Positions 23,409-30,270 of a stretch of 32,000 nt of DNA are shown piece after piece. The position numbers were made by a program, and so were the translations under genes. The notes under the pieces are model-generated. The model was given only the letters and a program-made list of their open reading frames with translations, searched no databases and was not told the DNA's origin. The DNA is from Pyrodictium abyssi (GTDB taxonomy: Archaea > Thermoproteota > Thermoprotei_A > Sulfolobales > Pyrodictiaceae): positions 1,200,001-1,232,000 of the forward strand of contig NZ_AP028907.1 in the NCBI RefSeq assembly GCF_036323395.1, written 5' to 3'. Each line of letters opens with the position of its first letter. Position 1 is the first letter of the stretch.

Positions 23409-23921
23409 CTACGAGCCGCGCCCCTCCACGGCCTGCCGGCAAAGCCTCGCCGCCTCGCGCAGAACGTAGGCGAATACAGCGCCGCCGAGAACAAGCAACA
23501 CGAGCCCCACGGCAACAGCCCTGCCGTCGGAGCCGGCGCCGCCGGCCAGCACGGTGAACAACCCAACGATCATGGCTGCGCCGCCAAGCCCCCAGAGGAC
23601 AGCGTGCTGGGCGAGCCTCCTCTTCTCGTACCTGCAGGCCAGTAGCTGCTCGAAACCGACCCCGTAAGCCCTCGCGCTATAGACCATAGACGCGGCCGCA
23701 AGACCCAAGACAGCGACGGGCGTAAGGGCCGCGAAGAGCCTCACTGAGACCGTTCTCGGCGCCCAGAGCAGCGGGGCAAACAAGACAGCCAGGACACCAG
23801 CCAGCCACAGCGCCTTCACCAGCCTACTCCCGCGCCACATGCCGAAGGCAAACACCCTAACAAGCGCCTCAACAAGCAAGACAGCCACAACCACAAGTAC
23901 CACACCAGCGTAATCCACCAC
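23409..23921 (-). CDS. Hypothetical polytopic membrane protein
   Basis: 170 aa with about 5 hydrophobic helices and no recognisable family motif. Confidence 0.55.
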   Translation of the reverse strand: MVDYAGVVLVVVAVLLVEALVRVFAFGMWRGSRLVKALWLAGVLAVLFAPLLWAPRTVSVRLFAALTPVAVLGLAAASMVYSARAYGVGFEQLLACRYEKRRLAQHAVLWGLGGAAMIVGLFTVLAGGAGSDGRAVAVGLVLLVLGGAVFAYVLREAARLCRQAVEGRGS

Positions 23922-24082
23922 CGCCTAGTCACCCCCATCACGCCTCCAAAGCCCCTGTACAACATGTAGACAAAGACGCCGCCGATGCACAGAGATACGA
24001 CCGGGCTCTGGGGTACTAGGCCGTAGCCGATGCTAGCAGCCCTGCAGGCAGAGAGCACCGCAAACACCCCCGCAGGTAGCAT
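23816..24082 (-). CDS. Possible small membrane protein (uncertain)
   Basis: 88-aa ORF. The first roughly 50 aa form a hydrophobic hairpin. The last 105 nt overlap the next gene in another frame. Confidence 0.3.
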   Translation of the reverse strand: MLPAGVFAVLSACRAASIGYGLVPQSPVVSLCIGGVFVYMLYRGFGGVMGVTRRWWITLVWYLWLWLSCLLRRLLGCLPSACGAGVGW

Positions 24083-24211
24083 GCCCGCCTATCGCCACAG
24101 CGGCACTCCCGATGGAAGAGTACCACCGCAACAAGCCATAACAATGCATGGATAAGCTCAGAGGAGAAATGGACGGCCAACTCATGAAAGCCCAACCCCG
24201 GTGGACACATG

Positions 24212-24448
24212 CTAGCCGCTGCGCGGCCTCTGCGTCTGCGATTCTGCTCTTAGCTTCCTCACGTGCATTCTGCACTCCTCTATGTCTCTCATCAGCAGCT
24301 TATAGGCTGCAAAGGAGCCTCCAACAGCTAGCAGCAACGAGGCCACGGTCAGCAGGATGTAGTCTCTGGCCTCTAGGGCTAGGCGTTTTAGATACACTAT
24401 GGGCGGTATCAGCGCGCCGCCCACCGCCAGCGTAGACGCTGATACCAC
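24212..24448 (-). CDS. Possible small membrane protein
   Basis: 78 aa from a GTG start, with two hydrophobic segments and then a charged tail. The frame stays open a further 150 nt upstream but has no canonical start there. Confidence 0.4.
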   Translation of the reverse strand: MVSASTLAVGGALIPPIVYLKRLALEARDYILLTVASLLLAVGGSFAAYKLLMRDIEECRMHVRKLRAESQTQRPRSG

Positions 24449-24816
24449 CGCTACGAGCCTCAGGAAGGCGCTGGTGTCTAGGGCCGAGCACGCTACCAGC
24501 TCCTCGAAGCCGAGAATAGCTATCGGGGATAGCGCTAGTGCTGTCTTCCCGAGGGTGCTGTTATTGGGTATTCTGGATGGAGTGCCCCCGTCACCCTAGG
24601 GCACCCCTTCTCTTCTCTGGCGGGCTGCTATTGTCTCCTGCACTCCTTATTGTACAAGACTGACCGCGAGGAATATATCCGTGTAGCGTAGAGGCTATAA
24701 TGTGCATCTAGATATAAACCGGGGATCAATTTATATTATGCATGGTCTATGGCTTTTCAGCATGTATTAACGTTACACTGCTCCTCCGGGTTTAGGCCTA
24801 ATAGGCTTTAGGCCCC

Positions 24817-25833
24817 TTGCGGCCCCTCCAGGGGACGGTACAGACATTGCCGCTGGTCGTTGAGGAGCAGGCAGCCCGTGTAGCAGAGGCCATAAGGCAG
24901 GCAGTGGACCAATACAGGCCCGACGCGTTCACGGACCCGCGCTACTACCCCGACCCGGGCAGCGACCCGGAGACTGTGGCGCGGTACTTCCTCGTGATGG
25001 TGGCTATGGACCACCGTCTCTCCAGGCCCGGTCGGCCCTACGAGGCGGTGGTCGAGGGGGAGAGGTTCCACGGCGCCGATCTCCTCTACAGGCTTGGCCG
25101 TCTCATGCTGGACCGCGACCCCGGCTTCTTCAGCCCCGAGAGGCTGGCGAGGGTCACGGCTGAGGATGTGAAGCGCTGGCTATGCAGGGGCGGCGTCTGC
25201 CCGCCCGACCCCGGGGCCCGGGCTGCGCTGCTCCGCGACCTGGGCTCCCGGCTCCAGAGCCTCTACGGGGGCAGCGCCTCCCGGCTCCTAGAGGAGGCCC
25301 GGGGCATGCTCCACACCTGGGACCCGGCGGCCCCGGGGCTGGTGGAGAGGCTGAGGGTCTTCGAGGCCTATAGCGACCCTGTCGAGAAGAAGCCGATGCT
25401 TCTCGCCAAGTTCCTCGAGAGGCGGGGGCTGCTAGAGATACGCGACCCGTGGAACAAGAGAGTCCCGGTGGACAACCACCTCACCCGTATAGCCCTCCGC
25501 CTGGGCCTAGTAGAGCTCGAGCCCAGCCTACAGAGGAAGGTCGAAGAGCAGACGGAGACAACGCCCTGGGAGGACCTGTTGATACGCACTGCTGTGCGGG
25601 AAGCCTGGCACCTAGTAGCCAGCAGAGCGGGCGTAGACGAGTTCATCCTCGACGACCTCCTCTGGACCATGGGCAGGAAGCTCTGCATACACGATAGGCC
25701 GCGCTGCACAGGCTGCCAGGGCCACTGGATGTGCAGCCAGGGCGGGTGCATCCTCCGCAGCGTGTGCCCGGTAGGGCTGGGCCTAAGGAGGCCCGTGGAG
25801 GAGCATAGGTTCCTAAACACCTGGTGGTACTAG
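24817..25833 (+). CDS. Endonuclease III-related (HhH-GPD superfamily) glycosylase-like protein with an Fe-S cluster loop
   Basis: The C-terminal CIHDRPRCTGCQGHWMC has exactly the C-x6-C-x2-C-x5-C spacing of the EndoIII/MutY [4Fe-4S] loop. VPVDNHLTRIALRLGLV resembles the VDTH..R...R.G segment that carries the catalytic Asp. TTG start at 24817, with TTG 24847 as an alternative. Confidence 0.65.
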   Translation: MRPLQGTVQTLPLVVEEQAARVAEAIRQAVDQYRPDAFTDPRYYPDPGSDPETVARYFLVMVAMDHRLSRPGRPYEAVVEGERFHGADLLYRLGRLMLDRDPGFFSPERLARVTAEDVKRWLCRGGVCPPDPGARAALLRDLGSRLQSLYGGSASRLLEEARGMLHTWDPAAPGLVERLRVFEAYSDPVEKKPMLLAKFLERRGLLEIRDPWNKRVPVDNHLTRIALRLGLVELEPSLQRKVEEQTETTPWEDLLIRTAVREAWHLVASRAGVDEFILDDLLWTMGRKLCIHDRPRCTGCQGHWMCSQGGCILRSVCPVGLGLRRPVEEHRFLNTWWY

Positions 25834-25930
25834 CCCCCTACGGGCCGGTGAGGACCCAGCTCCTTTGGCTACCACTGCAGCCCGGCAGCCCCGGGCGATG
25901 ACGAGTCCTGGCCTTACCGAGGGTTTCTCC

Positions 25931-25961
25931 CCGAATACGCAGACTAGCCTTGCGTATTCGG
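25931..25961. repeat. 11-bp perfect stem hairpin downstream of tnpB (IS right-end or omega-RNA structure candidate)
   Basis: CCGAATACGCA - 9-nt loop - TGCGTATTCGG. Confidence 0.6.
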
Positions 25962-25986
25962 TTCATCCCCCGCTTGGGTCGTGTTC

Positions 25987-27177
25987 TCATCCCCGCACCG
26001 CGGGGGCCTTCGGGGCTCCACGGAAACCCCTGGAGCCCCTCATCCGCGTGAAGCCTTTCAATGCAAGATTCCAAGCCGCCACGATGTCTCTAGTTGTAGC
26101 AACACCGTTTGGCAGTACCATCCATCGGTAGTTCAGCTTCTTCACCTTGCCCTGTGGCGAGGCTTTGCTGGTGCTTTTCGCGGGGACGTAGATTGTCTTC
26201 AATCCTCTCCATGCCGCCTTGTACTCTATGAAGCCCTGTAGCCTTCTGTAGGCGAGCTGGGTGAAGAGCCATGCCAGCCTACTGTTCTCTTCCGAGGCAC
26301 ACATCTTCAAGCCTTTGAGGTTCTCCAGGACTATGAGCGAGCCATACCTGTCCGCAATCCCCACCAGCTTCTTAGCCGCAAAATGAGCGGTATCATTGAC
26401 TATGCTCCTGGCTCTGCTCATCCGCCTCTTGTAGACCTTCCGAGACCACTTCATGAACCTCCAGTGTCTTCCGAGGCGCTTCTGGAGGCTCTCCGCCATT
26501 TTGCGGAGGCGTAGTGCTCTCTTGAAGCCCTTGAAGACTGTGACGCCAGCGGTTACGATTCTACCAGACTCGGCGTCGAGGACAACGTAGCTCACGTTGC
26601 CCAGGTTCACGTCCACGCCCATAACGGTTCTAGGCTTCCTCTCTTCGACCTCCCTCTCAAGAGTCATATAGACCTTGAAGCCGTCGTTGCGGTGTGATAC
26701 TAGTAGCTCCTTTGGCCTCCAGCCCTCGGCGAGGAACCGCTTTAGCCTGCGCATACCTCTCAATCGCAGCTCTACCCATCCGCCGTGGAGAACTGCTACT
26801 TTGAGCACCCCTCTCTCGACGTCAAGCCTGTACTCGTAGCTGTGGAGCCTCGCGGTTAGCCTCCTTAGTATGGGCTTTCTGCCACCGTTCTTCTTGACTG
26901 CCTTCACTATCTCCTTTGCACGCTTGTATATCTCGCTGACGTGGTGGGCGCGGAAACCCCAGCCCCGCAGCTCCCTGTAGAACATCTCGTGTAGCTGCCT
27001 GACGCTGGGAACCCTATCTAGACCCCATATAGTGTCCACGATGTACTGGACCGCGTCGCGGTACGCCTTGAGGAAGTCGAGTAGGGGCTGGGGATTAGGG
27101 GGGCCACCGCATCCATTACGACGGTGGCTCTGACCCTCATCCCGCCAGCCCCCAGCCATGCGAGCGGAGAGTAACAC
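25987..27177 (-). CDS. tnpB: TnpB-like (IS605 OrfB family) RuvC-fold protein, probably degraded
   Basis: RuvC triad context is present: VMGVDVNLGN (D), LIVLENLKGL (E) and TTRDIVAAWNLA (D). The usual CxxC...CxxC zinc ribbon between E and the last D is absent (STSKASPQGKVKKLNYRWMVLPNGV). The first roughly 25 codons look out of frame relative to a better N-terminus starting at ATG 27140. Confidence 0.8.
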   Translation of the reverse strand: MLLSARMAGGWRDEGQSHRRNGCGGPPNPQPLLDFLKAYRDAVQYIVDTIWGLDRVPSVRQLHEMFYRELRGWGFRAHHVSEIYKRAKEIVKAVKKNGGRKPILRRLTARLHSYEYRLDVERGVLKVAVLHGGWVELRLRGMRRLKRFLAEGWRPKELLVSHRNDGFKVYMTLEREVEERKPRTVMGVDVNLGNVSYVVLDAESGRIVTAGVTVFKGFKRALRLRKMAESLQKRLGRHWRFMKWSRKVYKRRMSRARSIVNDTAHFAAKKLVGIADRYGSLIVLENLKGLKMCASEENSRLAWLFTQLAYRRLQGFIEYKAAWRGLKTIYVPAKSTSKASPQGKVKKLNYRWMVLPNGVATTRDIVAAWNLALKGFTRMRGSRGFRGAPKAPAVRG

Positions 27178-27360
27178 CGCATAAGAGCTAGCCTAGCATC
27201 ATCTCCCGAGCTAGGATATGACGCTCCACGCTATTACCGGATATTCCAGAATAAACCCAGAATATCCTAAACGTTATAGCCCACAGTATGCCCGTGCCAG
27301 TATTGCGTATGGACTGTCCAGCCCCGTGATGTACTGCACCAAGAGGGTGTAGGCTAGGGT

Positions 27361-27825
27361 TTACCACGCTACTGTTATTCCCAGCTTCGAGGCCACGTAG
27401 GCTAGGTCTCTGTCACCCGTGACTATAGGCGCTCTATGCTTCTGTGCTAGCACTATCACTGTTGAGTCGACTATGCTTAGCCTCCTCCTCTTCAGATCAG
27501 GGTCCTCCGCATCACGGAGTAGACCGTCTCCCCTATGCTTTATCTCAGCCGCTTTCACCCAGTCGGTTAGGTCTAGGTTCTCTACCCTGAAGTACCGGGT
27601 TAGGAAGGTCACGACCTCCTCCAGCGAGGTGAGGACGGGTATCCTGCCTCTACGCCAGTGGACGATATACTCGTAGGCTACTGTCACCGGCAGCAGCCCT
27701 ACTACGCGTCCCCTCCTAACGTCTTGTAGTAGCTGTGTCGCTTTCTCGCCTAGCTCCCCAAAGGCCATTGCTAGGAGCGCGTGGGTGTCTACTACGACCT
27801 TTCTGGGCTTCTCTTCCTCCACCAC
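27361..27825 (-). CDS. vapC: PIN-domain toxin (VapC)
   Basis: KVVVDTHALLAMAF and a C-terminal TGDRDLAYVA. It overlaps the upstream AbrB-type antitoxin gene. Confidence 0.8.
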   Translation of the reverse strand: MVEEEKPRKVVVDTHALLAMAFGELGEKATQLLQDVRRGRVVGLLPVTVAYEYIVHWRRGRIPVLTSLEEVVTFLTRYFRVENLDLTDWVKAAEIKHRGDGLLRDAEDPDLKRRRLSIVDSTVIVLAQKHRAPIVTGDRDLAYVASKLGITVAW

Positions 27826-28052
27826 GCCTCCTCCTCTCCATCGAGCTCCTCCTCGGCTGCCTCTGCCGAGCCCTTGCAGCAGCCCCAGACACGCTCCCAG
27901 AGGTCCAGGGGCCGGAGCACTATCTCCCCGTCCCTGGTCTCCACTTCTAGTAGAGAGCCCTCTACGATGTGCAGGGCCTCCCGTACCGCCTTGGGCAGCA
28001 CTATGACCCCCTTCCTGCCTACGCGGACAACCAGACCCACTGGTCGCACCAA
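27792..28052 (-). CDS. vapB: AbrB/SpoVT-fold antitoxin (VapB)
   Basis: VRVGRKGVIVLPKAVREALHIVEGSLLEVETRDGEIVLRP, followed by an acidic tail. TTG or GTG start at 28052 or 28049. Confidence 0.75.
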   Translation of the reverse strand: MVRPVGLVVRVGRKGVIVLPKAVREALHIVEGSLLEVETRDGEIVLRPLDLWERVWGCCKGSAEAAEEELDGEEEAWWRKRSPERS

Positions 28053-28073
28053 TAGGTTAGACTATAGGGTCCT

Positions 28074-28082
28074 CCATATAGG
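28074..28082 (-). promoter_or_regulatory. TATA-box candidate for the vapBC operon
   Basis: The minus strand reads AAACCTATATGG, centred about 26 nt upstream of the start at 28052. That spacing fits a leaderless transcript. Confidence 0.35.
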
Positions 28083-28294
28083 TTTGACCGGGGAGTGCTC
28101 CGCGGCGCCTGGCTAGGGGGTATCAGGTACCGCTACGCGCACTTGGCGTGAGTCCCTTTTGTGACGTGTTGCACGTCTTCGTTGCGACAATGCCGCTTCC
28201 CGGCACCGATGCCCCGGAGCCCGGCTGCACACCAGTACCCGTGCCCCAAGGCGACCAGGGCTGGGCTACTGCCTCCAGTAGAATGCCGAGTAGG

Positions 28295-28364
28295 GGTGCT
28301 GCCCCGGCCCCCTGGGGCCTCTCCGCGGGCTGCATAAAGTGCCGAGGCCCGGTGCTGCCCCGGC
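28295..28364. repeat. 14-nt perfect direct repeat, two copies 56 nt apart
   Basis: GGTGCTGCCCCGGC occurs at 28295-28308 and again at 28351-28364, in the roughly 310-nt ORF-poor region upstream of the SAM-hydrolase gene. Confidence 0.5.
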
Positions 28365-28367
28365 TGG

Positions 28368-29216
28368 GTGCTCTGGGGCGTGGCTCCGCCAGGCCGCGGG
28401 CTAGTAGTCTACATGAGTGATTTCGGCTGGCGTGACCCCTATGTGGGGATAGTCAAGGGCGTGATAGAGTCCCTGGGCGCGGGCAGGATAAGGGTGGTAG
28501 ACCTTACGCACGACATCGCCGCGTTCAGCGTAGTGGCGGGCGCGTACGTGCTCTATACGAGCTACCGGTACTACCCGCCCGGCACCGTGTTCCTAGCAGT
28601 GGTGGACCCGGGCGTTGGGACCGAGAGGAAGCCAGTCGCGATAGAGACCCGGCGCTACTACTTCGTGGGCCCGGATAACGGGCTCCTCTACCCGGCCGCA
28701 GCGGAGGACGGGATAATCCGCGTCCACGTGATAGACAACGAGGCCGTCTACATGAAGCCCGTCTCCCTCAGCTTCCATGGCCGCGACATCTTCTCCCCCG
28801 CCGCGGCGCTGCTAGCCCTAGGCGTCGGGGTAGAGGCCCTCGGCAGCCCCATGAAACCCGAGGAGCTGGTGAAGCTCAGCCTCCGCAAGCCGTGCAGCGG
28901 CACCGAGGAGGAGGTAGAGGCCACAGTGGTCTACATAGACCGGTTCGGGAACGCCGCACTAGGCCTAGAGCGGGGCTGCCTAAACACGCTATGCCGCTGG
29001 GGCGAGGTAGAAGTCGTAGCCGACAGGAGGAAGAAGGCTAGGGCACGCTGCCTCCCTGTCTTCAGCCACGCTGAGCCCGGCGAGCTGGTATTCTACATGA
29101 ACAGCCTCGGGTTCCCAGAGCTAGCAGTAAACCTCGGCAGCGCCGCGGAGGAGCTCGGGCTCCAGGTGGGCAGCCAGGTAGTACTGCGCCCGGCACAGGC
29201 CAAGGGGAAGCCTTAG
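28368..29216 (+). CDS. SAM hydroxide adenosyltransferase / SAM hydrolase family protein (DUF62)
   Basis: Motifs LVVYMSDFGWRDPYVGIVKGVI, VVDPGVGTERKPV, VGPDNGLL and FHGRDIFSPAAA are present. I keep the GTG 28368 start because the first beta-strand, LVVYMSDFG, lies upstream of ATG 28413. Confidence 0.8.
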   Translation: MLWGVAPPGRGLVVYMSDFGWRDPYVGIVKGVIESLGAGRIRVVDLTHDIAAFSVVAGAYVLYTSYRYYPPGTVFLAVVDPGVGTERKPVAIETRRYYFVGPDNGLLYPAAAEDGIIRVHVIDNEAVYMKPVSLSFHGRDIFSPAAALLALGVGVEALGSPMKPEELVKLSLRKPCSGTEEEVEATVVYIDRFGNAALGLERGCLNTLCRWGEVEVVADRRKKARARCLPVFSHAEPGELVFYMNSLGFPELAVNLGSAAEELGLQVGSQVVLRPAQAKGKP

Positions 29217-29286
29217 AGACCCAGGCCAGCCTCTAGCAGGCTACCCGCGGAGACCATCTGCAGAGACGAGCCGGGGGCGAGGAGAC

Positions 29287-29523
29287 GTGACGAGCAGCGT
29301 AGACGGTCTTCTGGAGAGGCTCCGGAGCCTCGGGCTCGAGGCTGTACAGGAGGACGGCCGGCTGCGTATACGCGGCGAGCGGGGCTTCAGCCTAGCAGAC
29401 CTGCCCCGCGACATACTTGAGGGGCTCCGGGCCTTCGAGGAGGTTGTCGTGGAGGCGCCGGAGGGCTACTACTTCTACTTCAGGAGAAAGGACGTCGAGA
29501 AACTGCTCAAGGTGAAGAGCTAG
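29287..29523 (+). CDS. Hypothetical small protein
   Basis: 78 aa from a GTG start, with ordinary composition and host-like codon usage. I recognise no motif. Confidence 0.5.
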   Translation: MTSSVDGLLERLRSLGLEAVQEDGRLRIRGERGFSLADLPRDILEGLRAFEEVVVEAPEGYYFYFRRKDVEKLLKVKS

Positions 29524-29553
29524 GCCGCCATACACCCCTGGGCCCGGGCCACC

Positions 29554-30144
29554 CTACCCGCTGAAGCCCCTGTTTATCCTGTCCTCCGTCTCAGCTATCT
29601 TCTCGAGGAGTGGTTCCCTGCTCTTGATCTTGGTGCTGAGCTTCTTTGCCTCGTGTAGCGCCCTTAGCGCTCCCTCTTTGTCTCCCCTTGCTAGGAGTAT
29701 GCGGGACTCCAACATTTTGCTCCAGGCGCGGGCCTGCAGGTAGGGCTCCGTGTCGCCCCTCGCGAGAGCCGCCTGGGCCCTGGCTAGAGCCTCGTAGGCC
29801 TTGTCGAGTCTTCCCGCGTTGTAGTGGACGGCTGCTATTAGGTGGGCCCGGCCAGCCTCTATGGTGCTCCCGGCCCGCTCGGCGTGCCGTAGGGCCTCTC
29901 TGGCATAGGCGAGTGCTCTGTCGTAGTTGCCCTTGTAGCTCTCGATGTTAGCGAGCCTAGTCTTGATGAACGCTATCACCTCGTGTTTCTCCGGCGTGTC
30001 GCTCCACTTCTCCACTCTGCTGAGGAGCTGTAGCAGCTTCTCCTCAGCCTCCCTGTACCGGCCTCTCCTCTCGAGGCCCCAGACTATGCGCCTGAGCAGC
30101 CACGCCGTGATCAGCATCCTTAGCTTCGCGAGGAGCCGGGGCAA
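29554..30144 (-). CDS. TPR-repeat protein
   Basis: It has repeated 34-aa-like helical units with small/aromatic spacing: YDRALAYAREALRHAERAG, AGRLDKAYEALARAQAAL, GDKEGALRALHEAKKL. The N-terminus is hydrophobic. Confidence 0.65.
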   Translation of the reverse strand: MPRLLAKLRMLITAWLLRRIVWGLERRGRYREAEEKLLQLLSRVEKWSDTPEKHEVIAFIKTRLANIESYKGNYDRALAYAREALRHAERAGSTIEAGRAHLIAAVHYNAGRLDKAYEALARAQAALARGDTEPYLQARAWSKMLESRILLARGDKEGALRALHEAKKLSTKIKSREPLLEKIAETEDRINRGFSG

Positions 30145-30270
30145 CAGCTACCCCGAGAGAGACAGCTACAGAACAACCCAGTATTTCTATCCAGGGGGCT
30201 ACGCTCTCCGCCGACCGCGGAAAGGCCCGGGGCAGACGGGGCGGAAAACAACGGGCGGCGCTGGTGTGTT

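Larger units (their letters stand above)
25834..27360 (-). mobile_element. IS200/IS605-family (IS1341-like) tnpB-only element; only outer limits are given
   Basis: It contains only a tnpB-type gene and no tnpA. It is bounded by the glycosylase stop (25833) and the vapC stop (27361). Hairpins lie near both ends, at 25931-25961 and 27239-27267. The exact ends are not determined. Confidence 0.5.
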
